DNA from: Paraspadella gotoi
Taxonomy: Eukaryota > Animalia > Chaetognatha
NCBI GenBank assembly: GCA_051294375.1
Contig: CM119264.1
Span: 11,383,832 to 11,447,831 of the forward strand
Reading direction: 5' to 3'
DNA length: 64,000 nt
Made by a program: the position numbers and the translations under genes
Shown here: in pieces, positions 1 through 11,133 of the stretch
Position numbering within the stretch: position 1 is the first letter of the stretch
Layout of the letters: every line of letters begins with the position of its first letter
Notes under the pieces: generated by a model
What the model was told of the DNA's origin: nothing
Database searches by the model: none
What the model saw: only the letters and a program-made list of their open reading frames with translations

Positions 1-210
1 AAAGAGAAAAATGGGAATTGGGAGCAGAAAATGCAGGAGTTTTCCGGATTTTAAATTTTTTAGAAAACAAAAAAGATTTTAGCGAAGGAGAGTCGCAGAC
101 AGACAGACAGACATACAGAGGCACGAGAGACAGTATAGAACCGATCGATTTTAGTTCCACCCCTCACCTCTCTTTCCAATTTGCCCGCAATATTTTTAAC
201 GATGTGTGTG

Positions 211-320
<110 letters not shown>

Positions 321-846
321 TCCCCCTCCACACTACGCAGGGGTTGAGAGTTTTTTTTTCCCCGCGCCAGTTAGCAATTTTGTTCTACTCGAGATTTAAT
401 GAATGAAGAATTTCGGAGTTGACGCCTCTCCTCCTCCTCCTCCTCTTCCTCCTCCTCCTACTCCTCCGGTTGGCGCCCGCGAAATTAGTTCTCCGTCTGC
501 CGACGATAGGCGCCGAAAAAAACTCGGCTTACCTCGCGCAGTCGGAAACGGTTAGAGAGAATTTAATGAAGAGCCCGATTTTGATTATGATTTCAATTAA
601 TTTCGTCATTCGAGGTTTAAAAATGCTTCATGAAATGGAGTTAGTATTTTCTATTTGTTTTATAGTTGAATATTTTTTGGAAATTTTAATATTTAGACGT
701 ATTTTACTGATCACAATTAGTAAATCTCTTACTTAAGTAAAATGGTTTTAAAATAGTAAAAATTAAAACAGAACCGCCTCAGGCGAAACGAATTGGCCTC
801 AAAGTGATATCTAATATGTTACGTATTGATTATCTCTGGGGGCTGC

Positions 847-962
847 TCGATCAGTTCGATCAGTTCGATCAGTTCGATCAGTTCGATCAGTTCGATCAGT
901 TCGATCAGTTCGATCAGTTCGATCAGTTCGATCAGTTCGTTCAGTTCGATCAGTTCGATCAG
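847..962 (+). repeat. 9-bp tandem repeat (TCGATCAGT), ~13 units
   Basis: Directly visible array; explains the spurious SISSIS/IELIEL ORFs. Confidence 0.95.
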
Positions 963-1071
963 CGGCGAAACACGTGACGATTTGTTGTTATTGTTTATCA
1001 TCCTGTTAATATTCTGTGATGCAGGGATCGATGTGGACCGACGAGAACCGAGAAGATTCATGTCCGTCGTC

Positions 1072-1317
1072 GGGACTTATTTTTAAAAAGCCTCCAATTT
1101 CAGCATCAATTCAAAATTAAGTTTATTTTCAGGTTTAAAGGTTAGGGGTTAAGGATTAAGGTTTCAGGTCAGGAGATTAAATTAGGGATTAAGGGATAAG
1201 AATTGGCTCTTAGGATTAAGGATTAGATTAGAGTTGGGGATTAAAGTTTAAGATTACATGAATTATTTATAAGTTGTTTAAGATTAGATATTGGGGCGCT
1301 TTTGGAAAATAGTGCCC
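1072..1317. mobile_element. MITE-like non-autonomous DNA element with degenerate GGTTAG/TTAGGG-like internal repeats
   Basis: Imperfect ~28-bp terminal inverted repeats GGGACTTATTTTTAAAAAGCCTCCAAT and ATTGGGGCGCTTTTGGAAAATAGTGCCC; flanking direct repeat GTCGTC at 1066-1071 and 1318-1323; interior GGTTAGGGGTTAAGGATTAAGG... Confidence 0.65.
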
Positions 1318-1496
1318 GTCGTCGTTTGCATCGATCGCGCGCCAGAACTGATAAAGCGATGCGACGTCGCGCGAGGCTCTTTCACGATTGAGAGGGAGGA
1401 GAGGAGAGAGAGAGAGATGAAGAGGAGAGACAGAGAGGAGATGAGAGAGACTGAGAGAGAGAGAAGGAGAGAGAGAGGAGAGAGAGAGAGATAGAG

Positions 1497-1730
1497 AGTG
1501 ATAGAGAGAGACAAACAAATATTTATAATAAATCAATCTGTCAGGTTAAAAGCTAATTATAGCAAAATAAATATTTTAATTTTCATTTCATTATCTCATT
1601 AAATGAATTTATAATCGATTCTCTTTTAACATTGACTCATTTTCACTAATCCAATCATCCCTTCTCATCCAATCATCCACCTCTTCATCTATCCTCCTTT
1701 CTCCTCCAATCATCCTTTTCTCATCCAATC
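1497..1730 (+). repeat. ~240-bp block duplicated in direct orientation at ~6872..7130; ends in an ~18-bp CATCCAATCATCCCTTCT minisatellite
   Basis: Shared TCATTATCTCATTAAATGAATTTATAATCGATTCTCTTTTAACATTGAC and CCAATCATCC repeats in both places. Confidence 0.9.
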
Positions 1731-1967
1731 AGAGAGAGAGAGAGAGAGAAAGAAAGAAAAGAGAAAGAAAGAGAATAGGGAAGAGCCACGCCCGCCTAAC
1801 TCTAATACACTAATACATATTCAATAGGCGCATCATATGACCTATTGAAAGGGAGAGAGACGTTTCGTCGTCCAACTCCTTGCATCTTTCACCTCAATCG
1901 TGAAAGAGCCTCGCGCGACGTGCATCGCTTTATCAGTTTCTGGCGCGCGATCGATGCAAACGACGAC

Positions 1968-2212
1968 GGGCACTATTTTCCAAAAGCGCCCCAATATCTA
2001 ATCTTAAACAACTTATAAATAATTCATGTAATCTTAAACTTTAATCCCGCAACTCTAATCTAATCCTTAATCCTAAAGCCAATTCTTATCCCTTAATCCT
2101 AATTTAATCTCCTGACCTGAAACCTTAATCCTTAACCCCTAACCTTTAAACCTGAAAATAAACCTTAATTTTGAATTGATGCTGAAATTGGAGGCTTTTA
2201 AAAATAAGTCCC
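1968..2212. mobile_element. Mirror copy of the MITE at 1072..1317
   Basis: GGGCACTATTTTCCAAAAGCGCCCCAAT ... ATTGGAGGCTTTTAAAAATAAGTCCC flanked by GACGAC on both sides; part of the palindrome arm. Confidence 0.6.
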
Positions 2213-2319
2213 GACGACGGACATGAATCTTCTCGGTTCTCGTCGTCCACATCGATCCCTGCATCAAGAATATTAACGGATGATAAACAATAACAAACAA
2301 ATCGTCACGTGTTTCGCCG

Positions 2320-2525
2320 CTGATCGAACTGATCGAACTGAACGAACTGATCAACTGATCGAACTGATCGAACTGATCGAACTGATTGAACTGATCGAAC
2401 TGATCGAACTGATCGAACTGATCGAACTGATCGAAACTGATCGAACACTGATCGAACTGATCGAAACTGATCGAACTGATCGAACTGATCGAACTGATCG
2501 AACTGATCGAACTGATCGAACTGAC
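2320..2525 (-). repeat. 9-bp tandem repeat (TCGATCAGT on minus strand), ~22 units
   Basis: CTGATCGAA array, the mirror copy of 847..962 but longer. Confidence 0.95.
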
Positions 2526-3058
2526 GAGCAGCCCCCAAGAGATAATCAATACGTAACATATTAGATATCACTTTGGGCGAATTCGTTTCGCCTGAGGCGG
2601 TTCTGTTTTAATTTTTACTATTTTAAAACCATTTTACTTAAGTAAGAGATTTACTAATTGTGATCAGTAAAATACGTCTAAATATTAAATTTCCAAAAAA
2701 TATTCAACTATAAAACAAATAGAAAATACTAACTCCATTTCATGAAGCATTTTTAAACCTCGAATGACCAAATTAATTGAAATCAAATCAAAATCGGGCT
2801 CTTCATTAAAATTCTCTCTAACCGTTTCCGACTGCGCGAGTAAGCGAGTTTTTTTCGGCGCCTATCGTCGGCAGACGGAGAACTAATTTCGCGGGCGCCA
2901 ACCGAGAGAGAGGAGGAGGAAGAGGAGGAGGAGGAGAGGAGGAGGAAGAGGCGTCAACTTCCGAAATTCTTCATTCATTAAATCTCGAGTAGAAACAAAT
3001 TGCTAACTGCGCCGGGGAAAAAAAAACTCTCAACTCCTGCGTAGTGTGGAGGGGGGAT

Positions 3059-3145
<87 letters not shown>

Positions 3146-3757
3146 AGACACACACACACACACATCGTTAAAAATATTGCGGGCAAATTGGAAAGAGAGG
3201 TGAGGGGTGGAACTAAAATCGATCGGTTCTATACTGTCTCTCGTGCCTCTGTATGTCTGTCTGTCTGTCTGCGACTCTCCTTCGCTAAAATCTTTTTTGT
3301 TTTCTAAAAAATTTAAAATCCGGAAAACTCCTGCATTTTCTGCCCCAATTCCCATTTTTCTCTTTCGTTATCGCCCATCTCTCTTTCTCTCTTCACTTTT
3401 TCTCTCTTCCTCAATTCTCAATCTCACAATCTCACTCATTTCACCATTTCACTTTAACCTCGTTTAGCCTCCACTTCCTCCTCCGCCTCCCACACTAAAA
3501 ACTCCGCTGAAAGTGATGACACAAAAAAAAAAAACGAAGAATTGAACAGACGATGCCGACTTTAAAAGTGGGAAAAGGAAAGAGCTCGAGTTTCGTTAAA
3601 AAGAAGCGAAGATGCGAAAGAAGGAAAAAACCGGGAAAATGAAAATCCGTTTTTAGAAAAGTCGCGACTAAATGGGGGGAGATGGTGCCAGGGCATATGT
3701 GGGCGCGCAGAGAAGAGAGAGCAGAGGAGGAGGAGAGAGGTAGAAGAAGGAAGAGAT

Positions 3758-3833
<76 letters not shown>

Positions 3834-6833
3834 AGGAAAAAAAGGGATGAGAGAGCAATCAATCAATTCTTCCTTCGCTTCGAGCCTTTTGTAATGAGGC
3901 AAAAACCCATTCATCAAATCTCGCCGAAGAAGTTACATTCCAAACGAGCGGAGCTTTTTCTCTTATTAACGAACGACTTTTTCCCCGGGAACCAATTTCC
4001 ATTCTTCCATTCATTCCTTTTTTCTTTTCCCTCTTTCTGTCTTTCCTTCTCTCATTTTTCTATCTTTCTTCCTTTCACTTTTTACCTTCTTATTTCCTAC
4101 CCGTCATTCTCTCTCTCTTTCTTTCTATTTTTTATTATTTATTTATTATTTATTTATTTATTTATTGATTTGATTGATTGATTGGATTGATTGATTGATT
4201 GATTTATTTATTTATTTTATTTTTTTATTCTTTCCTTCTCGTTTTATCTCATTTATTGGTTTCCTCCTTTCCTTCATGCCTTTTTTCTCTCCTCTTTTTC
4301 CCATTTCCTCTTTTCTTTCCTTCTTTTCTTCATTTAATTTTATTCTTCTCATTTGTCTTTCTCTTCAAGTTTCCGATGTCGTCGACGTAATCAGACACCC
4401 TCCCGTCGGTCTTAAACATTAGGTCCGTCTATCCACGGACATTGGTGTTACTCTGAAAAACTTCGAATGATTATCAACTCCAAAAAGCCTTGTTGGCTTC
4501 ATAATTTTAATAGTATAACAAGTATTAGTATAAAAAGTAACAAAAAGATCTTTAAAAAATAATAACGAAGTTAGTAGGAAGAGGAAATATTTTTAATTAG
4601 CTTTTAAGTTTTGTAGAAAATTCAGTAAGAAACCTCTTAAAGGTTAAGCCCAAGAGGTTTACAAATATTTTTCGCATATTCCTCCTTCTTTCATTTTTTT
4701 TTTTCCCATTTCATTTTAGAACTTTTTCCTCCTTATTTTTTCATTTACCTTGCCGAACTTTCACCATCTGCCCGTTTAAAAAACTCAATAAACGATAACA
4801 ACAACGAAAAACTACCAAAAAAATAAAAAAAAAAACAACAATAACAAAAAGGTGTCCGCCAAAGACCTCAGCGACAAAAGGTTTCCTTTTTCGATATTAA
4901 AGAAGTGGAAAAAAGTAAAGAAAAGTTTAAAAGAAATTTAACTTGCCTGAAGTTCGCTCTGCACAAGATACTATCATATCTCGACTCGCGACGCTATATA
5001 CGTATATTACTTTCTCAAACCACTTTTTAGTTATAACTTTCTTTTCAATGTTAACCTCTCTTTCTTTCACTTTCTTCTTGTTCCTCTTTATTTCTTATTT
5101 TTCTCGTTTGGGCCTCTTTTCTCTATAATCACTTTTTTTTCTTCTTTCTGATCTTTAACCTATTATTTGCTATCTCTCTTTTTCGTTAATTCCTGTATTA
5201 TTATTTCGCAATTCGAATGTTCTTTTCCTCTTTTACTATATCGTTCCTGTTCTCTTTAACTCTCTTTCCTATTTTCGCCCTTCTTTTTTTCTTTTCCTCT
5301 CAATCCTCCCTTCTCTCCCGCCTTTAGTTTGCCATTCAGCATATTGTAATTGTGCAAAAGTCATTATGAGGACTCATTACAGAAAAATTTTCTCCCTTTG
5401 TTTCACCTTTCAAGTTTAGTAATTTTTTTTTTTTCATACCACGAGAAAAATTAAGCTTTGTTTTTACATTTAAAATCAAGCTAGAGGTTTAACATTAAGT
5501 GCCTTCCTTTTAAGTTATCATTCGAAAAAATAACTTAATCGAAAATAACAAATAATTCCTCACGTTAAACCATGAATATCTAGTGCATCCCGCCGTCAGC
5601 CAATCAGGAATGAGAAAAGTTATAGCGAGATGAGGATTTATCGAACATGAGAAATTGAGAAAGAAAATTAAAGTAACTGGAAATTTTAGAATGAACGAAC
5701 GGTGAAACATAGTTATAAAAAAAACAAACAAAAATGTTTAAAAACAGAACAATATATACCAATATAACATCAGATCAGGTTTTGCGGTATAACCTCCTCT
5801 ACTGACGGAGAAAGAAAATTCAATAATGTAAAAAACGACGCAGCGAAAAAGAGGAAGGACGACCAATCTTTTTGTGCCTCGAATTTCGAATGAGAAAGAG
5901 AAGATGGGACGAAAAAGAAAAATTAAGAGAGCGAAGAGATTAAAAGAGAGGTAACGAGAGAGGAAAGGATGCAAGAGAGATGTAAGAAGAAAGGAAAGGG
6001 ATGGAGAGAGACGGTAAGAGAGAGGAAGGGATGAAATAGAGGTAACGAAGATACGAAAGATGACACAGAGATGTAAGAGAAAAAAAGGGATGGAGATGAG
6101 ATGGTTAAGAAGAGAGAGGAAGCGGATGGCATAGAGAGGTAACGAGAGAAAAGAGATGAAGAGAGAAGATAAGGAGAGAAAGAAGGATGAAAAGAGAGGT
6201 AAGGAAGAGAAGCGAAGGCGATTGAAAAGAGCACGGAAGGAGAGAGAAAAGATGGCCGAGAGAGGTAAGGAGAGGAGAAAGGGAAGATTGAAACACGAGC
6301 TGGACAAAAAACACATTAGAAAAGAAAGGAGCGAAAGAACAAAGAGAAAGGGATGAAGGGATAAATGGACAAAAGGGGACGAACTGAATTATAAGAGAGG
6401 GACGAAGTCGGAAGCCAGGCTCTTTTGACGATCGACGCAAAAACGTCTCTTTTCCGCTTTCCGCTCCATTAACTCCTCGCGGCGCAAACCTTTCGCGCTA
6501 AAGTCGCTATCTTTCGTCGGTTTCGTCGTTCGTCGTCGTCGTCGTCGTCGTCGTCGCTCCACCCGACCTTCGATTCCACCACTCCTGCCGCTTCTCTCTG
6601 ACCTCGCTTTCTCCCCCGATGCTCGTTTCTGTCCACTGTTTTCTATCTTCCTGATACTTGTTTCTGTCCCCTTTCGTTCCGTTTCTGCAGAGAGAATCGT
6701 CCGTTCTTGTCTGTCCTGCGTACAGAGGTCTCCATCCCAATCTGTTTTATATAACGGAACGCGTGATCATCCAGAAAATGAGAGAGAGAGAGAGAGAGAT
6801 CCTTGATCGAGGAGGAGAGACGAGACGAGAGAT

Positions 6834-6864
<31 letters not shown>

Positions 6865-6871
6865 AGTAGAG

Positions 6872-7130
6872 GTGATAAAGAGAGAGACAACAAATATTTT
6901 TATAAATTAAGTCAATCTGTCGGGTTAAAAGCGTAATATATAGCAAAATTAATATTTTTAATTTTCATATTCATTATCTCATTAAATGAATTTATAATCG
7001 ATTCTCTTTTAACATTGACCATTTTTCACTAATCCAATCATCCCTTCTCATCCAATCATCCCCTCTCATCTAATCCTCCTTTCTCCTCCAATCATCCTTC
7101 TCATCCAATCATCCCTTTTCTCATCCAATC
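6872..7130 (+). repeat. Second copy of the block at 1497..1730
   Basis: Same sequence with small indels, preceded by a GA tract in both copies. Confidence 0.9.
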
Positions 7131-7346
7131 TTCTCACATCTGCTTCACCTTTCATTCGAGGTCACATTTTCCTCCAAATATCCCAAGAGGTTTATCTTCC
7201 TCTTCTNNNNNNNNNNNNNNNNNNNNNNNNNCCCTTTCCCATAAATCCAAACCACTGGCAGAGTAGCGAAGGTGTGGTGAGAATAAGAGAAAAAAAAATA
7301 GAGGATTTGGATAAACAATGTTTTTATCCTTTATTTCCCTCCTAAC

Positions 7347-7739
7347 TGCCTCTGGTGCCTCCTTCGCTTCGCCATTCACATCCGTCATGAATAATTCACG
7401 ATTCCTTTTTTCGCCGACGTCGACCCGTCGACTCGCGACCCTCTCTCCGTTCCTCGATCCGGTCGTCGTTGTTGTCGTCTTCTTCTTCGTCGTCGTCGTC
7501 GTCGTCTTTGTTGTGGTTGTCGGAACTGGCGGGAAATTTCGTGCATTTCTGAGAAAGACCTTCCGGGTTGATTTCTCAAACAAGCAGATCCTGTTACTTG
7601 CATTATGGTAGGTGCCCGTGAGGTGTGGCCACTGGCTCTCTGGCAACGGGACCTTTCTGCATCCCAGCATCAAAGGTCCGTCAGAGACGACGTTTTTCGG
7701 CATTGTCGCTTCAAAGGACCGTTCGAGAACCCCAGAACA
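7347..7739 (-). CDS. Putative internal exon of an unidentified gene (CSGVLERSFEATMPKNVVSDGPLMLGCRKVPLPESQWPHLTGTYHNASNRICLF...Thr-rich tract)
   Basis: 131 open codons between candidate acceptor TCTTTAG and donor GCA|GTTAGG; balanced composition unlike the flanks; no family recognised. Confidence 0.3.
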
Positions 7740-7762
7740 CTAAAGACTTATCATCATCTCAA

Positions 7763-7927
7763 GGCATTGGCGCCTCAAATCACCTCAGCATCGCAGTATC
7801 GCCGTATCACGGCATCGGCGCCTCAAATTACCTCTGTAAAGCGTCTCCGTATCGCAGTATCGCCGTATCACGGCATCGGCGCCTCAAATCACCTCTGTAA
7901 AGCGTCTCCATATCGCAGTATCGCCGT
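7763..7927 (+). repeat. 61-bp minisatellite, ~3 units (first truncated)
   Basis: GGCGCCTCAAAT(C/T)ACCTCTGTAAAGCGTCTCCGTATCGCAGTATCGCCGTATCACGGCATC repeated. Confidence 0.9.
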
Positions 7928-9029
7928 CTCTCTGCACCCGAGCATCAAATCCGTCCCGCAAGCGCATCATCGCGTTTTCCCGTTCATCACGACATCTCGT
8001 CGCCTCGCATCTCCGTCGTCTTCAGTCCTCACCTCAGTCCTCACCTTTCTCTCTCTCTCTCTCTCCCTCTCTCTCTCTCTCTCTAGCACCTGCAGCTTCC
8101 TACTTCGCCTAATCTACTCGCCAACGCCTCATCTTTTCTTTTCTCTCTCTCTTTTTTCCTTTCCTCCTTTTCCTTTATCTTTTCTTCGTCCTTCATTCTT
8201 TTCTTTTTCCTCTCTTCCACGCTCCGCTTACCATGAATTATTGCTTCAACCTTTCCTTCTCCCTCCCTCATTTTCCTCTTGTCCCCTTCTTTAGCCTCTT
8301 CTCCTCGTTTCAGTTCCTCAAACGTCGACCTCGGGTCATTCTTCTTCCTTCATTCTCTTCCTTAAACTTCCCTCCTCCCAGTCTTCTTTTTTTTTCCCGT
8401 CTCTTCCGTACCCCTTCCTCTTTAACCCTTCCACGCCCCGACCCGAGGGGGGACGCGTCTTTTGTTCCATCGACGACGTCGACATTTGAACAGAGAAGGA
8501 AGGATTCCAAAGAATGGAACCTGAGAACCTCGCGGTTGACCGGAACCGGCGTCGGGCGGCGTTGCGGCTCGGAACTTTGCGTCGATAACGATCCTTAGGG
8601 ACTAAAGTTCAACGAAAGGATCAAAAAGGATCGAAAAGAAGGATCAGCCTTCGATCGTTAGGGGTTTGCCTTATTTGCATATTATAAGAAGCGTTAATAT
8701 GATTTTCGATGCTGAAGGGGACGATGAAGAGAACGACGACGACGATAGCAACAACAAAAACTCGTTACGTCTCAGATCGTTAAGCGAAAGCGATAAAGAA
8801 CGATTGACCAAAAGGTGATTTGGGGATAAAAAAAAAATGGGTTTCGCTCACTCGAGAATCTATTAAGAATTTCAAGAAAATTCTAAAGGAATTTTATTAT
8901 TGCTAAGTTTATAGGAAAATAGTAATTCATAAAACTTTATCACTATTACAACTAAGCGATTGCCGAGAAAAAGTTTAACTTGGGTTTCTTTCAAAATATA
9001 ATTTTGAAGAGACAGTAATTATTGATATA

Positions 9030-9205
9030 TGTTAATGACAGAACCGTTCAATATAAGCAGTCCCTGAGCTTCGGATCAGGCTTTAACACCATGTTACACG
9101 CGGGTTAAGCGCCCCGTCCACCTTAACTGCCAGACGACCACCGGGTTAGAACCTCGGACCTTTGGGTTGGGAGGCGAATGACTTGCCTCCGGCACCAATG
9201 GCCGC
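9030..9205 (-). mobile_element. tRNA-derived SINE-like element or tRNA pseudogene (head 9205..9134, tRNA-Gly(CCC)-like)
   Basis: Minus strand reads GCGGCCA TTGGTGCCGGAGG (A-box-like) ... TTCGC CTCCCAA ... GGTTCTAACCC (B-box-like) ... TGGTCGT. The 7-bp acceptor-like stem pairs, but anticodon and T stems are degenerate. The 3' boundary is approximate. Confidence 0.5.
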
Positions 9206-9645
9206 TGATGAACGGTTCGTGGGTTTTAGTCCACCATAATTGAAAAATTTTGTGACCACGCGCCCGGCCATTTTTCATTTAGTTGGCCTTTTCAGAACAG
9301 TCTTTTCACCGTTCTTGTCGCTTTCTTTTAGCCGAAAAACTCTTCACTTGTTAATCGTTAATAATCGTTTCTCTGGAAAAGATGAAACCGTAGATTGTAC
9401 GGATTCCAAGGATTTTCTACACCAATATATTATACGACATTGATTTCGCCCCCATATATATTCTCTTCAATAATAAACTTATGCACGATTTATTCTCTAT
9501 TTATTCGTTATTTATTCGACATTTACGTCAATTGAGATTCAGAAAACCTTTCTCCATGTTAATTATCAAAGCCAGTTCAACCTACGGCCGAATAATCGAA
9601 AGCGCGACCCTNNNNNNNNNNTGACAAGATTGGCTTTCAATGAAG

Positions 9646-9786
9646 TCAGGCCCAAGTTATAACTTCTGGGTGACAATCTTTTGAGATCGACCAATGGTCT
9701 TCAAACTTTTCGTACCACTTCGGCGGGGTGGTGGAATCTTGAAGAGCTTCACAAAGTTTACAAAATCCCGCCACATCGTGGACGAC
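9646..9786 (-). CDS. Terminal exon of the GT10 fucosyltransferase: VVHDVAGFCKLCEALQDSTTPPKWYEKFEDHWSISKDCHPEVITWA*
   Basis: Acceptor TTTTTATGGCGCAG|GTC, phase 0 matching the donor at 10090 (303-nt intron). Supplies the conserved C-terminal CxxC..L...Y.....W....C of GT10 enzymes; TGA at 9648-9646. Confidence 0.9.
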   Translation of the reverse strand, partial: VVHDVAGFCKLCEALQDSTTPPKWYEKFEDHWSISKDCHPEVITWA

Positions 9787-10089
9787 CTGCGCCATAAAAA
9801 TTCAGCCATTAATTCCTCAACATTTCCTGACAGCCCTCGCCAACTCAGTCTCGAAAGACCCATCGACACTGATCTCTCAACCCATTCTACATAAATGGTT
9901 GTGCGGGCAAAGTCACGATCTAAATCGGCTCGGCTTTCATCCCGGAGCCTCCGCCTTTCTTGTCAAGCGTGACGGCGTCGATACAAGCGCTGAGGGTCCG
10001 AAACCTCCTCAGTCCTCACGCCAATCGGTGAGAAGTTCCACGCCTCGTTCACGTGATTTCCTCCTTTAGCTAATAAAATCACCGCCCAC

Positions 10090-11133
10090 CTCGTATTCCC
10101 GCCTCCACTCGTGAAACGAGTTGTAGAGGGTGTCATCGGCGTCGAGCTTCTTCAGGTATTTGGCGAGTGATTCGGGGCTAAACTTCATGGCGTCGATGAC
10201 CGAATTGGGAGGCGTTTCGTCGACGTAGTCCGCTCCTCCAAGCACCACCGGCACTGTCGTCGTCGTCTTTAAAACACGCCAGAGCTTCTCAGTCGTGTAG
10301 TCGCGACAGAGAGAGTTTTCGAAGGACAAATAAAACTTGTAGTTTTTGGAGAGATTCTCGAAACAAGGATCGTCTTCATACTTGGCGCAACGCAGTTCCC
10401 CGCAGGAACCGTAAACGTCGACGTGAACGAATTTACGCAGCTTTTCGACGTATTTCTCCCGACGACTTCTCGTGTTGCAGTTGGAGACGAACCACGCCAC
10501 CAACTTTGTCTTGCCCTTGGCGTAGTCGATCCGCGGTCCCGAATCTTGCGTCGCCCGCCGTCTCGTCATCCCGTAAGGAATGCGAAGGTCGCTGTCTTTG
10601 CGGTAAGTCATGGTAAGGTTGAAGGCGTTGCTAAGAAGGGAGGTGGAGACGCCAGAGTGATAAGGAGACTCCAGCATGTAGTAGACCCATCNNNNNNNNN
10701 NCTCACAGTTGGACTGTTCACAGCGTTCGATGAAGGGCTGCTGGCCGAGACCGAAATGGAAATTTTGGGAAGAAAAGAACCGAGTCCAGAAGAGGATTAC
10801 TCGACGTCGACTGGGCGGCGGTGACGAAGAAGAAGGAACGGCAATCGCGGCCGGGACTGATTTTGCACTCGGCGCCGATTTTGCCGATTTTCGATCCGGC
10901 GCTGCATTTTTATCTTTCGCCGCATCGTCAACCGGCGCAGCTGCGACGCCATGACTGGAAAGTGCTGAGCGCCTCTGGATCGGCGCCTCGACGATCCTTT
11001 CTTCCGTCGACACGGAGTTGAGATATTTGTGGAGAGAATTGAAAAAGTAAATGAGAAGGAAAAAGTAGGAGACGAAAAGGAGTCTCTTGGCAAAGAGCGC
11101 GATTTTGCGGCGCGGGAGAAAAGGCTTTGCCAT
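10090..11133 (-). CDS. Alpha-(1,3)-fucosyltransferase (glycosyltransferase family 10), main coding exon(s); contains a 10-N gap at 10692-10701
   Basis: Type II membrane topology (basic N-terminus, TM LLFVSYFFLLIYFF, Ala/Ser/Pro stem). GT10 motifs ILFWT, WVYYMLESP, FNLTMTYRKDSD, VAWFVSNC, VDVYGSCG, YKFYLSFENSLCRDYTTEKLW, VPVVLG. Donor GAG|GTGGGC at 10090/10089. Confidence 0.95.

Larger units (their letters stand above)
1893..3365. repeat. Right arm of inverted repeat (partner 1..1392)
   Basis: Reverse complement of 1..1392; the ORF track shows the same peptides on opposite strands (18..347 + vs 2978..3355 -). Confidence 0.95.

Noticed and set aside
847-962. CRISPR-like array
   Set aside because: Head-to-tail 9-mers with no unique spacers, no cas genes, and a eukaryotic context.
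1130-1255. Telomere or interstitial telomeric array
   Set aside because: Units are highly degenerate and enclosed by TIRs; better explained as MITE interior.
819-2571. ORFs with SISSIS, IELIEL, DQFDQF or DRTDRT repeats as repeat proteins
   Set aside because: They are translations of one 9-bp tandem array that is open in most frames; there is no splice or domain context.
9134-9205. Functional tRNA-Gly gene
   Set aside because: Anticodon and T stems are mismatched and the B box is non-canonical (GGTTCTAAC); kept only as a SINE/pseudogene candidate.
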